Shown here piece after piece: positions 1 to 10,425 of a stretch of DNA of 64,000 bases. The notes under the pieces are model-generated. The model was not told where the DNA came from. It saw nothing but the letters and a program-made list of their open reading frames with translations, and made no database searches. Made by a program: the position numbers and the translations under genes. Every line of letters begins with the position of its first letter. The first letter of the stretch is position 1. The stretch comes from Planctomycetota bacterium (GTDB lineage: Bacteria; Planctomycetota; Phycisphaerae; Sedimentisphaerales; Anaerobacaceae). The stretch is taken from contig JAGLSG010000064.1 in assembly GCA_023135865.1 (NCBI GenBank), positions 8,311 through 72,310 on the forward strand, read 5' to 3'.

Positions 1-773
1 GTTTCGTAAGTAGTAGAGCCCTTTTCGAGCATCACTTTGGCATTAAACATTCTGCGAAGGTGAAACGCAAAAGCGCCAACAGATGTATATTCAGCCGATT
101 TATCTTCCGCAAACATTTGTCTTAAACGGTCAATCGCTTTTGCTATATTGCCGGCGACAATCGCATTGATTACCTCGAAGGCATTAAACAAACGATTATT
201 GCCAATGAGCGATTTTACATGCTCACTTGTTATTGTTTTTTCCTCACCAACAAATAATGCAAGTTTATCAACTTCATTGCGTAAACAGCAAAGGTCATCA
301 CCGGTCAATTCGACAAGAAGTCCAGCTGTCTGCTGCTGAATTTTTTTGTTGTGCGTATTAAAAGCGTATCTTGTAAGCTCCGCCGGCAATTCCCACGACT
401 TTGGCTGTACCACAGTGATTAGTTTTCCAGCTTTGGTTAATTTTTTTGCCAGTTTTGTCTGACTCGGCCAACTGCCAACTGTCATTACAAGAATTCCAGT
501 TGGGCAGGGATTATCGAAATAATTTTCGAGCAGCGAACGGTTGTCTTTAATAAAGTCATCCGCTTTTTTTATAAGGACAACTCTTCGTTCGCTCAAAAAT
601 GGCAGAGTTCGCAATTCGTCAAAAACCCCTGATGCGATGCATTGCTTTGCGTCTGCGTTGAACAATGCAAAAGCTCTTTGCTGCGGCTCAATCAGTTTAT
701 TGAGCAATTCTTCGCACTGACTATTAACAAGAGCTTCCTGCTTGCCGGCTATTACATAAATTGGCTCGTGCAT
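1..773 (-). CDS. holA: DNA polymerase III delta subunit, 3' end runs off the window (partial)
   Basis: Open minus-strand frame from ATG (771-773) to the left edge. It is absent from the ORF track because there is no stop in the window. My translation is MHEPIYVIAGKQEALVNSQCEELL...VFDELRTLPFLSERRVVLIKKADDFIKDNRSLLENYFDNPCPTGILVM, which is the typical Pol III delta N-terminal domain pattern. Confidence 0.7.
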   Translation of the reverse strand, partial: MHEPIYVIAGKQEALVNSQCEELLNKLIEPQQRAFALFNADAKQCIASGVFDELRTLPFLSERRVVLIKKADDFIKDNRSLLENYFDNPCPTGILVMTVGSWPSQTKLAKKLTKAGKLITVVQPKSWELPAELTRYAFNTHNKKIQQQTAGLLVELTGDDLCCLRNEVDKLALFVGEEKTITSEHVKSLIGNNRLFNAFEVINAIVAGNIAKAIDRLRQMFAEDKSAEYTSVGAFAFHLRRMFNAKVMLEKGSTTYE

Positions 774-792
774 TTAACAGTTGCCTCGTCTT

Positions 793-3357
793 TTATTTAT
801 CTGGTTTTTCTTTTGGATTATCCGCACTTTCAGCCATTATTTTAGCAGCTGCAACGAGTTTGTCATCAGCTTTCATTTTAATCAAACGCACGCCCTGCGT
901 ATTTCTGCCGATGGAGCGTATCTGGTCAAGACCGGTACGAATAATTATTCCGTTTGCAGTTATCATCATCAAATCGTCATTGGACTGAATAGCTTTTAGC
1001 GCAACGACTTTACCATTTCTATCTGTTGTTTTTATATTTATAAGCCCTAAGCCGCCTCGGCTTTGCACACGATAATTATCAAGTACAGTTCTTTTACCGT
1101 AACCATTTTCGCACACCGTAAGCAGAGATGCCTTTTCTTCATTGATTACCATATCGATTACAGAATCTTTATTACGCAATTTTATTCCTATCACGCCTCT
1201 TGAAACTCTGCCCATTGAACGAACCTGTTTTTCGTCAAAGCGTATCGCCATTCCATCACGTGTGCCAAGAATGATATGACTATCGCCGGCTGTCAATGCG
1301 ACTCCAATCAGAGCGTCATCTGGGTCAAGTTTTATTGCAATTACACCGGTATTTCTCGGATGGCTGTACGCTGAAAGTTTTGTCTTTTTCACCAAGCCGT
1401 TTTTCGTTGCCATAACAAGCTGGCGATGCTGTGTTTCATCAGCACTTTCATCATCTTCAAAACTTCTAACATTTATTATTGATGCTATTGCCTGGTCGCC
1501 GAGTTTCAGAAGATTAGCTATATTTCTTCCCTTACTCTGGCGGGACATACTCGGAACATCATAAACCTTCAGCCAGTAGCACTTGCCTCTGTTAGTGAAA
1601 ACCAGCAGATAGTCATGCGTAGAAGCGGTGAAGAGATGCTCGAGGAAATCGCCTTCTTTTGTATCCGAACCGATAATTCCCCTGCCGCCTCTTGCCTGTT
1701 TACGATAAGTATCCATCGGCATTCTTTTAACGTATCCATCGTGGCTCACCGTAACAATAACATCTTCGTCAGCGATTAAATCTTCTATGTCAAAGTTTTC
1801 AATGCCAGCAACAATTTTGGTTCGCCTTTTGTCAGCGTATTTTTCTTTCATTTCGTGAATATCTTCACGGATAATATCCATCAGAACCTGCTCATTAGCA
1901 AGGATTGCTTCGTAGCCATCTATCTGCTCGGCAAGGTCTGAAAATTCTTTAGCAAGTTTTTCCATTTCAAGTCCGGTCAGCCGCTGCAGCTGCATTGTCA
2001 AAATGGCATCGGTCTGCGGGCCTGTCAGAAATTGATTGGTTTTACTTTTCTCTTTAATAAAAGAGTCAGGCAGAATTTTTTTCAGTGTAGCCGAAGTAAC
2101 CAACCGCAATGCTTTTTTCATCAGGTTGATTTTGGCCGTTGGTGCGTCTGGAGATTTTTTTATAATTTCGATGATTTCGTCAATATCACCAACAGCGAGA
2201 ATCAGGCCTTCAAGAATGTGAGACCTGTTTCTGCATTTGCTCAGCATAAACTTGCTTCGTCTTCTGATGACAATTTTTCTATGCTCGATAAAATATTCAA
2301 GCATCTGTTTAATGTTGAGCGTTTCCGGCCGATTATTAACAAGTGCTATATTTGCGATGGCAAATGTTGTCTGCAACAAAGTATAGCGATAGAGTTTATT
2401 TAAGACGACTTCGCCGTCAGCATCTCTCTTCAAATCCACAACTATCCGCAAGCCGTGCCGGTCGGACTCATCTCTTACATCCGAAATTTCCGCAACGGAA
2501 CCGTTCTGCACACAAGCCGCAATTTTCGCTACGATTGTGGTTTTAACAACCATATATGGAATTTCAGTTATTACGATTTTTTCTCTGCCTTTTTTGTTTG
2601 TTTCAATAGCTGCTTTGGCTCTAACAGTCAGATGGCCTTTTCCTGTTGTGTAGGCATCTTTAATTCCTTTTCTGCCGCAAATCATTCCACCTGTTGGAAA
2701 ATCAGGCCCAGGCAGGCATTTGATAATATCTTTGAATCCACAATCCGGCTCTTCTATAACCAGCAGCAATGCATCGCAAACTTCGCCAAGATTATGTGGC
2801 GGAATATTAGTAGCCATTCCAACTGCAATACCAGTTGAGCCGTTCACCAACAGGTTTGGAAATTTAGCCGGAAGAACTGTCGGCTCCTCGCGGGTTTCAT
2901 CATAGTTCGGCACAAAATCAACGGTGTCATATTTAATATCAGACATCATTTCCATAGCCGGCGCAGCCATTCTTGCCTCGGTGTATCGCATAGCAGCCGG
3001 CGGGTCGGAATCAATACTTCCAAAGTTGCCCTGCGGGTCAATCATCTGGTATCGCATATTCCATTGCTGGCCGAGCCGCACGAGCGTGCCATAAGTTGCC
3101 TGGTCGCCGTGAGGATGGTAATTACCGCCCGTATCACCGACGATTTTAGCGCATTTACGATGCTTGCTGCGCGGGCCGAGACTCAGGTCGTTCATTGCAA
3201 CAAGTATTCGCCTTTGTGAGGGTTTTAATCCGTCCCGTACATCCGGCAGAGCTCTTGAGACAATCACACTCATCGCATAATTGAGGTAGGAAACTTTTAA
3301 TTCATCGAGAATACGCATATCCTCAAAGCGTTCCTGTAGCAGATTAGCTTCATCCAT
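793..3357 (-). CDS. gyrA: DNA gyrase subunit A
   Basis: 854 aa. N-terminus LNYAMSVIVSRALPDVRDGLKPSQRRILVAM, catalytic region AAMRYTEARM, and C-terminal beta-pinwheel repeats. Confidence 0.97.
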   Translation of the reverse strand: MDEANLLQERFEDMRILDELKVSYLNYAMSVIVSRALPDVRDGLKPSQRRILVAMNDLSLGPRSKHRKCAKIVGDTGGNYHPHGDQATYGTLVRLGQQWNMRYQMIDPQGNFGSIDSDPPAAMRYTEARMAAPAMEMMSDIKYDTVDFVPNYDETREEPTVLPAKFPNLLVNGSTGIAVGMATNIPPHNLGEVCDALLLVIEEPDCGFKDIIKCLPGPDFPTGGMICGRKGIKDAYTTGKGHLTVRAKAAIETNKKGREKIVITEIPYMVVKTTIVAKIAACVQNGSVAEISDVRDESDRHGLRIVVDLKRDADGEVVLNKLYRYTLLQTTFAIANIALVNNRPETLNIKQMLEYFIEHRKIVIRRRSKFMLSKCRNRSHILEGLILAVGDIDEIIEIIKKSPDAPTAKINLMKKALRLVTSATLKKILPDSFIKEKSKTNQFLTGPQTDAILTMQLQRLTGLEMEKLAKEFSDLAEQIDGYEAILANEQVLMDIIREDIHEMKEKYADKRRTKIVAGIENFDIEDLIADEDVIVTVSHDGYVKRMPMDTYRKQARGGRGIIGSDTKEGDFLEHLFTASTHDYLLVFTNRGKCYWLKVYDVPSMSRQSKGRNIANLLKLGDQAIASIINVRSFEDDESADETQHRQLVMATKNGLVKKTKLSAYSHPRNTGVIAIKLDPDDALIGVALTAGDSHIILGTRDGMAIRFDEKQVRSMGRVSRGVIGIKLRNKDSVIDMVINEEKASLLTVCENGYGKRTVLDNYRVQSRGGLGLINIKTTDRNGKVVALKAIQSNDDLMMITANGIIIRTGLDQIRSIGRNTQGVRLIKMKADDKLVAAAKIMAESADNPKEKPDK

Positions 3358-3559
3358 ATATTGTAATGTCCTTAAAAATTGACTTTGTACGTGGTAAGAT
3401 ACTTGTAATCAGCGATAAAGTCAAGAATTGAACTGTCAATTTAAGCCGCTTTGCCTGCCGAAATACAGATGTAAAAATTGTTTGCCACTATTGGGCGCAG
3501 CTGTTAGTATGTCCGAGTTATCGACAAGACAACAAAAATACAATTAAAAGGAGATTAGG

Positions 3560-6076
3560 ATGGCCTCAAAAAAACACGCAAAGATTTTTATTTTCACATT
3601 TTTATTGTTAATTTCAGTTTTTATTGCCAACGCATCCGTTGCAGCAGAAAAACCCATCTACTTAAATTCTCAGGCAGCAGTTGAGGATAGAATTGAGGAT
3701 TTACTTTCCCGAATGACGCTTGAGGAAAAGATAAAGCAGCTCGGCGGAGATGAGACTGGTTTTTCGACTCCGGACAATGAGCGGCTCGGCATACCCGGCT
3801 TCAAAATGGCTGATGGCCCTCACGGCGTTCGCCACGGCAAAGCAACCTGTTTTCCCGGCTCGCTCGGCCAGGCGTGCAGTTGGGATACGGATTTGATTTC
3901 CCGAATTGGCCAGGCGCTTGGCAAAGAGTTCCGAGGCAAAGGCCGATATGTTGGACTTGGCCCCTGCATAAATATAATTCGAGACCCAAGAGGCGGCAGA
4001 AGTTTTGAAACTATGGGCGAAGACCCGTATCTTACTTCTCAACTGGCAACGGCTTACATAAAAGGTTTGCAAAGCCAGAAAGTAATTGCCGTACCTAAGC
4101 ACTACGCCTGCAACAATCAGGAAAACGGCCGAATGAATAATAATGTCGTAGTAGGTGAAAGAGTTCTTCGTGAGATTTATCTGCCTGCCTTTCGTGCTTG
4201 CGTGGTAGATGGCGACGCAATGGGAATTATGTCTGCCTATAATAAAGCCAACGGTTTGTACTGCTCGGAAAATCCACACTTATTAACCGACATATTAAAA
4301 AATGAATGGGGATTTAAGGGTATTGTAATTTCCGATTGGGGCGCATGCCACTCAACAGCTGCTTCAGCTAATGCCGGCCTTGACGTTGAAATGCCGCATT
4401 CTGACTACTTTGGTCAGTCGCTTTTGGATGCCGTTGAAAATTGGGAAGTACCGGAAGAAAAAATCAATGAAGCGGTTCGCCGTGTTTTGCGAACTAAATT
4501 CTGGGCTGGTGTTTTTGAAAATCCTGTCGAGCCAAATGAAAGTGCGGTCAATACGCCGGAGCATCAGGCATTGGCACTTGAAGCTGCGAGAAAAGCTATC
4601 GTATTACTGAAAAATGAAAAATCGGCACTGCCGCTGAATAAAGAAAAAATTAAAAAAATTGCCCTCATCGGCCCCAATGCGGATGTCGCCAGACCAACCG
4701 GCGGCGGCAGCAGTTACATTACTCCATATTATGCCGTTTCTGCTCTGGAGGGCATAAAAAACAAAGTCGGTGATGATGTTCAAATCAATGTTGTCAGGGG
4801 CTGCAATCTTGGCATTGAGGATTCTTTTTACACAATCAAAAATTTAAAACCGACAAATAAGGACCAGTGCGGCTTACTCGGCGAATACTACAACAATATA
4901 TATCTAAGCGGCGAACCAGCTGTCAGAAAAATTGACGCATCGGTCGATTTCGACTGGGGCGGTGAATCACCAATAAATGCAATTAACAATGACGGTTTTT
5001 CCGTAAGATGGACTGGAAAACTTACTCCTGAAAAAACCGGCGAGTATGAACTTGCAACAACAACCGATGATGGTTCACGTTTATTTTTGGATGGCAAGCT
5101 GATTATTGACGATTGGCAGGACCACCCCACGGAAACTCATTCGGTAAAAGTTACTCTCGAAGCCGGACGTGAATATGACATTCGTTTTGAATACTATGAA
5201 AACGGCGGTGGTGCCGTGGCCAAGCTCGGCTGGAATATGCCTCAAGAAAAACAGACAGGTACATTTACGGAGGCAAAAAAAGCTGCCGAAGAAGCAGATG
5301 TTGCCATTGTAGTTGTCGGCACAAATGCTCAAATAGAAACCGAAGGTCGCGACAGAAATACGCTGGCTCTGCCCAGCCAACAGGACGAATTGATAAAAGC
5401 TGTTTTCCAGGCAAATCCCAAAACTATCGTAGTACTCATCAGCGGTTCGGCTGTTTTAATGGACAAATGGATAGATAAAGTTCCAGCGGTTCTTGAGTGC
5501 TGGTTCGGCGGCCAGGAAGTCGGCAACGCCATTGCTGATGTTATTTTCGGCAACTACAATCCATCCGGCAAATTACCAATTACTTTCCCCTTAAACGAAC
5601 AACAGCTGCCGTCGTTTGATAATGATTATGAAACAGCTGGCGAAAGTCGCGGCTACCGCTATTATGAAAAACAAAATCTAAAACCGCTTTTCCCATTTGG
5701 CTATGGCCTTAGCTACACCAGTTTCGAATACAGCAATCTGAAAGTTAAGCCACAATTATGCAAAATTTCCGATACTGTAACTGTAAGCGTAGATGTTTCC
5801 AATGTCGGCAAACGTACTGGCGATGAAATTGTTCAGCTTTATGTAGGCGATGTTAAGGCAAGCGTTCAGCGGCCACTAAAAGAATTAAAGGGTTTTAATC
5901 GTGTTACGCTTCAACCGGGACAAACAAAAACCGTAACGTTCACTCTCGGCGGAGACTCTTTTGCCTTTTACGATGTGGATGCGAAAAAATTTGTAACTGA
6001 GCCGGGTGCATTTAAAATAATGGCCGGTACGAATTCCGCAAACTATCTAACAACTGGTCTGGAAATTGTTCCTTAA
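3560..6076 (+). CDS. Secreted GH3 beta-glucosidase with inserted PA14 domain
   Basis: 838 aa with a signal peptide. GH3 motifs GPCINIIRDPRGGRSFE and VISDWGA (nucleophile Asp). PA14-like insert GLLGEYYNN...VDFDWG...FSVRWTG. C-terminal Fn3-like domain. Confidence 0.9.
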   Translation: MASKKHAKIFIFTFLLLISVFIANASVAAEKPIYLNSQAAVEDRIEDLLSRMTLEEKIKQLGGDETGFSTPDNERLGIPGFKMADGPHGVRHGKATCFPGSLGQACSWDTDLISRIGQALGKEFRGKGRYVGLGPCINIIRDPRGGRSFETMGEDPYLTSQLATAYIKGLQSQKVIAVPKHYACNNQENGRMNNNVVVGERVLREIYLPAFRACVVDGDAMGIMSAYNKANGLYCSENPHLLTDILKNEWGFKGIVISDWGACHSTAASANAGLDVEMPHSDYFGQSLLDAVENWEVPEEKINEAVRRVLRTKFWAGVFENPVEPNESAVNTPEHQALALEAARKAIVLLKNEKSALPLNKEKIKKIALIGPNADVARPTGGGSSYITPYYAVSALEGIKNKVGDDVQINVVRGCNLGIEDSFYTIKNLKPTNKDQCGLLGEYYNNIYLSGEPAVRKIDASVDFDWGGESPINAINNDGFSVRWTGKLTPEKTGEYELATTTDDGSRLFLDGKLIIDDWQDHPTETHSVKVTLEAGREYDIRFEYYENGGGAVAKLGWNMPQEKQTGTFTEAKKAAEEADVAIVVVGTNAQIETEGRDRNTLALPSQQDELIKAVFQANPKTIVVLISGSAVLMDKWIDKVPAVLECWFGGQEVGNAIADVIFGNYNPSGKLPITFPLNEQQLPSFDNDYETAGESRGYRYYEKQNLKPLFPFGYGLSYTSFEYSNLKVKPQLCKISDTVTVSVDVSNVGKRTGDEIVQLYVGDVKASVQRPLKELKGFNRVTLQPGQTKTVTFTLGGDSFAFYDVDAKKFVTEPGAFKIMAGTNSANYLTTGLEIVP

Positions 6077-6103
6077 CGGCAAAATAAAGGGTAGCTCTAA
6101 GGT

Positions 6104-6991
6104 TTACTTTAATTTGATTGGCAGGCCATCGTTGCTCGACTGCTCTATGAATATTTTCATATTATGCAGCAGCACCTCTACCTGCTCACTGTTTTCAAGT
6201 AAACTTTCGTAGAGCTTGCCATCGTTGATAAACCTTGCGATTGTACCCCGACCGTTGTTGATTTTTTCCAAAATAACGCTAAGCTGAATCACGGCTTTAC
6301 TTAGCTCCTGACTTGTATCAGTTCCCTGAGCTGAAAATTTCTGAATTTCTTTAAGTGTTTCAGTAGCTTGATTTGAAGCTTCGGAAAGATTAGCCAACGC
6401 AGTTTTGATGCTTTCTTTATTTTCATCATCGCCAATAATATCATTTGCATTTTTGACAAGTTTTGCGAGGTCTTCAGCCAAATCATTCAATTTTTTCTGT
6501 GTTTCTTCGGGGAATAATTCACTATTGATTCCGATGCTGCCCTGCAGAACAGTGCCATCTTTTAAAAATTCCGTTGCGGATTGACTATAATCCTGCGGCG
6601 GAGCGACAAGTTCTATGTAACTACTGCCGAGACCTCTTGTCATTAATTTTGCTTCAAGGTCTTTTGGAATGTCTTTGTATTTTTTATCGATGCTTACAAT
6701 AACAGTTGTCTGATGGTAGGATTTATTTGTTTTGAGATTTCGCAGAACTTTCGGCGGTTCAACTTTTGTTACACTTCCAATTTGATAGCCGCAAAATTGG
6801 ACAGCTGTTTTTTTCTGCACACCTGCTGCTTTCGGTAATTGGATAGTAATTTCAAAAGATTTCCATTTACTGACCGCTATCGGCAAATCGCCAAATTTGA
6901 AGACCAGCCAAAATAAAGAGCATAAACCCAAAAACACGAAGAGTCCTACTGCGATATTTCGTTTTCTCTGGATACTTTCATAATCATTCAC
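6104..6991 (-). CDS. MlaD/MCE-domain protein (N-terminal membrane anchor)
   Basis: 295 aa. TM helix VGLFVFLGLCSLFWLVF, an MCE-like beta-barrel region, a coiled-coil tail, and the G(R)GTIARFINDGKLYE motif typical of MCE C-termini. Confidence 0.8.
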   Translation of the reverse strand: MNDYESIQRKRNIAVGLFVFLGLCSLFWLVFKFGDLPIAVSKWKSFEITIQLPKAAGVQKKTAVQFCGYQIGSVTKVEPPKVLRNLKTNKSYHQTTVIVSIDKKYKDIPKDLEAKLMTRGLGSSYIELVAPPQDYSQSATEFLKDGTVLQGSIGINSELFPEETQKKLNDLAEDLAKLVKNANDIIGDDENKESIKTALANLSEASNQATETLKEIQKFSAQGTDTSQELSKAVIQLSVILEKINNGRGTIARFINDGKLYESLLENSEQVEVLLHNMKIFIEQSSNDGLPIKLK

Positions 6992-7305
6992 TGTTTGCTT
7001 CCTTTCAAATCAGTACGACTTTTTTTCGATTGCATTAGTTTGTTTTTTGGTTCGGCTCTGGCTTGTAGAAATAATTCCCTTATCGCTCTCAGCGGATAGC
7101 CGCTTTTGTTGAGTTTTTTTACCAGTTTAATTCTCTCAATACTATTTTCGTCAAACATCCGCCTTGCTGTTAAGGTAATTTTTACCGGTTCAACCAGCCC
7201 TACCATAATGTAATATTGCAGAGATTGCCTGGAAATGCCAGCTTTTTTTGCGGCTTGACCTATCGGCATCAATTTGCTTTTTTGCTCCACAGCTTGTCCC
7301 CACAT
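6988..7305 (-). CDS. MerR-family helix-turn-helix protein
   Basis: 105 aa. MPIGQAAKKAGISRQSLQYYIMVGLVEP...RRMFDENSIERIKLVKKL matches the MerR HTH pattern. Its stop overlaps the MlaD start by 4 nt. Confidence 0.7.
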   Translation of the reverse strand: MWGQAVEQKSKLMPIGQAAKKAGISRQSLQYYIMVGLVEPVKITLTARRMFDENSIERIKLVKKLNKSGYPLRAIRELFLQARAEPKNKLMQSKKSRTDLKGSKQ

Positions 7306-7311
7306 TCCCTG

Positions 7312-7722
7312 CTAAACACTAAATTTTTCACTATTGCCGATTTTTTCAGCAGCAATCTCTACCAGAGCCAAAAATGATGTATTTATCTGCTGAAAAGTCA
7401 GCTTTTTCAAAGCCGGCTCGGCTCCCTTATCTAACTTCGTAAATTTCCGTGAAATCATTAACAAATAATCGAATCCAGCTGGAATTTGCTCCTGATTTTG
7501 CCGAAACGCCTCTCTTAACAGCCGTTTCAGCCGATTTCGCACAACCGCCCTTTTATCGTACACTTTGCCAACCGAAACACCCAGCCGTGAGTAGCCGCAA
7601 TCATTTCTCGCTATGTACATTGTGAGCAGCTCATTTCTAAAACTGATTTTATTAGCGAGAACATTTTTGAACTGCTCGTTACTTACAAGCCGTTGTTTTT
7701 TTTTAAAGGTCAGCTGTTTCAT
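7312..7722 (-). CDS. rnpA: Ribonuclease P protein component
   Basis: 136 aa. KKQRLVSNEQFKNV...RLGVSVGKVYDKRAVVRNRLKRLLREAFR is the RnpA signature (RNR motif). Confidence 0.85.
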   Translation of the reverse strand: MKQLTFKKKQRLVSNEQFKNVLANKISFRNELLTMYIARNDCGYSRLGVSVGKVYDKRAVVRNRLKRLLREAFRQNQEQIPAGFDYLLMISRKFTKLDKGAEPALKKLTFQQINTSFLALVEIAAEKIGNSEKFSV

Positions 7723-7760
7723 TGCCGCTCAATCGCTGAAATAACACTAACTATATCTTT

Positions 7761-9548
7761 TTATACTTTTGAAGTAACTCCAAGTCCGTACATTCGGTCA
7801 GCTTCACTTTGCTTGGCCAACACTTCTGCGCTTAACTGGCGATGAACTGCTCGAGCAGTCAGCAAGCCGGAAAGTTTATTTGCCTCCTGCGAGACAACGA
7901 CCGGCAAGTATTCAACTTCAAATTTTTTCATTTTATCCAGGCCATCTCCCAGCGGAATATCAGCAGTAATCGTTGCAACTATCGGCTCGACAATATCAAG
8001 TGCCACCAGCCAATCGTTTAGTTCCTGAGTTGCAAACATATTTCTTATGCCGTCAAGCGTAATAGCTCCTATCAGATTTTCATCACTGTCAATAACACAG
8101 TAATAGAAATTTTCAGTAGTACTGACTACTTTAATAACCTCGCTCAAAGACGTTCCCGCTGACAGAACCGGCATTTTCGCATTCATAATATCACCGACTT
8201 TATACGTTTTAATAAGGTCTTCTTCGGTAACATTTAGGCCAAGCTCGCCCGCTTTTCCAGCTCCGATTTTAACTCCAATCGGGCCGATTATCTGAAGTAT
8301 GAATGCGCCGATAATTATAACGAGCAGCATAATCGAACTAATGTTTTGGTCAAATTTCTGACTCGCCATAATTAATAAACCGACAGCAATTCCGCCCTGC
8401 GGATACAGACAAAAGCCGAGATATTTTCTAACAGTTTTAACAGCACCACAGTAAACACTTCCCCAATACGCGCCTGCAGTTTTGCCAACCACGCTTCCAA
8501 TCACATACGCAGCCACAAGCAGCCAAATCATTTTTGTAACATTTGAAACATCCAATCTTGCTCCGACAAGAACGAAAAACAACACGTAAATGGGTGCGGA
8601 AAAATTGCGAAGCAGTGAAAAAGAAATTTTTGCTTTGTTTGATTTGCTATTTATCAACGTCAATCCAAGAGCCATTGACGAAAGTATAACATCAAGATTC
8701 AGCCGTATCGCCATCCCGACAACGAGCAGAGCTGAACTGATTGTGAAGACCAACACTTTTTCATTATCATCGATTCGTTTCAGAATCCAATTCAAAATCC
8801 ATCCAGCTGCAATTCCCATAGCAAGCGAGCCAACTATTTCATAGAAGGAATGAACAAGTGCAAAAATAAATCCTGTTTCCTGATGGCCGGTAATTACGCC
8901 TGCAACACTAACTCCCACCGCATATAATACGAGAGCGAGCGCATCATCGAGAGCAACAATAGCAGTCAGCATAGTTGTCAATGGGCCGCGTGCCTTATAT
9001 TCCCACAACACACTAACTGTCGAAGCCGGGTCGGTCGCCGAGCAGATTGCACCAAATACCACGCTGACCGCCAACGCCATCTGCCAATCGGAAAAACATA
9101 TCATTACAGCAAAACTTAGCAATCCAACCAGCAAAAATGCCGTCAGCCCTTCAAACAGTAAAATAGCTAAAACCTGCTTTCCAAGTCTTGCAAAAACCTC
9201 ACGTTTTAGTTCGCCGCCGATTAGAAAACCGATTATTCCAAGTGCATACAGATTGAACGGCTCAAACATTTGAATCGTTCCATTTGAGAAAACTTTCAAG
9301 ACCGGCCCAAGAACAATTCCTATAGCAACATAGCCCACAATTTGCGGAATGTGGAGCTTCTGAAAAAGTTTAGCTCCCACCACGCCGCAAAAAACAGCTA
9401 TTCCCATCAGCAGGATAATATTGAGATGCTCATCGCCCTGTACCAAAATGCTACATAGTAAATTAACCACAGTTTTACATCCTCTTGAAACATAAAATAT
9501 TACCATCAGGAAGGCACAAATCAAGCCGCAGAATATGTAATCCAACAC
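7761..9548 (-). CDS. Cation:proton antiporter (Na+/H+ exchanger family) with C-terminal CBS pair
   Basis: 595 aa and multi-TM. LHIPQIVGYVAIGIVLGP is the typical CPA motif. The C-terminal ~140 aa resembles tandem CBS domains. The exact start codon is uncertain. Confidence 0.8.
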   Translation of the reverse strand: MLDYIFCGLICAFLMVIFYVSRGCKTVVNLLCSILVQGDEHLNIILLMGIAVFCGVVGAKLFQKLHIPQIVGYVAIGIVLGPVLKVFSNGTIQMFEPFNLYALGIIGFLIGGELKREVFARLGKQVLAILLFEGLTAFLLVGLLSFAVMICFSDWQMALAVSVVFGAICSATDPASTVSVLWEYKARGPLTTMLTAIVALDDALALVLYAVGVSVAGVITGHQETGFIFALVHSFYEIVGSLAMGIAAGWILNWILKRIDDNEKVLVFTISSALLVVGMAIRLNLDVILSSMALGLTLINSKSNKAKISFSLLRNFSAPIYVLFFVLVGARLDVSNVTKMIWLLVAAYVIGSVVGKTAGAYWGSVYCGAVKTVRKYLGFCLYPQGGIAVGLLIMASQKFDQNISSIMLLVIIIGAFILQIIGPIGVKIGAGKAGELGLNVTEEDLIKTYKVGDIMNAKMPVLSAGTSLSEVIKVVSTTENFYYCVIDSDENLIGAITLDGIRNMFATQELNDWLVALDIVEPIVATITADIPLGDGLDKMKKFEVEYLPVVVSQEANKLSGLLTARAVHRQLSAEVLAKQSEADRMYGLGVTSKV

Positions 9549-9717
9549 AACAACCGCAGCAAAGAATGTTTATGCTAATGTTAAAATTGGTTTTGTCAAA
9601 GAATTTCCTTTTATTGCAGCTATTTGGAATTTATTGATTTTGACTTTATTAAATAGCTTGGTTGCGGTATATTTAAGCTATGCCTGTTAGTAATTGTAAT
9701 TTTGAAAGGAACGTAAA

Positions 9718-10404
9718 GTGCCTGAGAAAAACAAGTTTATCCGTTTCTTTCTATATAAATTGGGTGGTTTCATGCCGCTGACTTTCATTGGTGTGTTTAT
9801 ATTGCTTTTGGTTACAACCGCGCCATTGATGATGCGGATTAAGTCCACTCCTGCGCAAATGGAACAACCGGCAGTTGAAACACAATCAATTGACAATAAG
9901 CAGCCAATAACGAGAACCGAAAAGAAAACACAAAAGAGAAATTTGAATAATATCATCCTAGCAGCTCGAACGTGGGGGCCTGTTCTTAAATCCTGGCACG
10001 GACAAACGGCAACCGATTTCACCTTGCCCGACCTTAATGGCAAAGAGCATAAATTAAGCGATTACAATGGAAAAGATGTTATAATTGTTTTCTGGGCTAC
10101 GTGGTGTGGGCCTTGTATCAGGGAAATACCGCATTTGAAAAAACTGCGAAATACAATCAGAAAGGATAAATTAGCCATATTAGCCATTTCGAATGAGCCG
10201 ACTGATTTGCTGGAAAGATTTGCCAAAAAACGCCGAATTAATTATACAGTTCTTTCGTCCAACGGAAATCCCCTACCTGCTCCTTTTGACCGTGTAACCT
10301 CAATTCCAACCACCTTTTTCATTGATTCAACCGGCAAAATAAAACTGGCTGCTTCAGGTATGATTTCACTGGGCGAGCTCAAAGCCATTCTAAAAGCAGA
10401 GTAA
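9718..10404 (+). CDS. TlpA/ResA-like thiol:disulfide oxidoreductase (thioredoxin fold)
   Basis: 228 aa. N-terminal TM anchor, FWATWCGPCIREIP CxxC motif, GTG start preceded by AAGGAA. Confidence 0.85.
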   Translation: MPEKNKFIRFFLYKLGGFMPLTFIGVFILLLVTTAPLMMRIKSTPAQMEQPAVETQSIDNKQPITRTEKKTQKRNLNNIILAARTWGPVLKSWHGQTATDFTLPDLNGKEHKLSDYNGKDVIIVFWATWCGPCIREIPHLKKLRNTIRKDKLAILAISNEPTDLLERFAKKRRINYTVLSSNGNPLPAPFDRVTSIPTTFFIDSTGKIKLAASGMISLGELKAILKAE

Positions 10405-10425
10405 CCAATTGCCGACAGAAATCTA

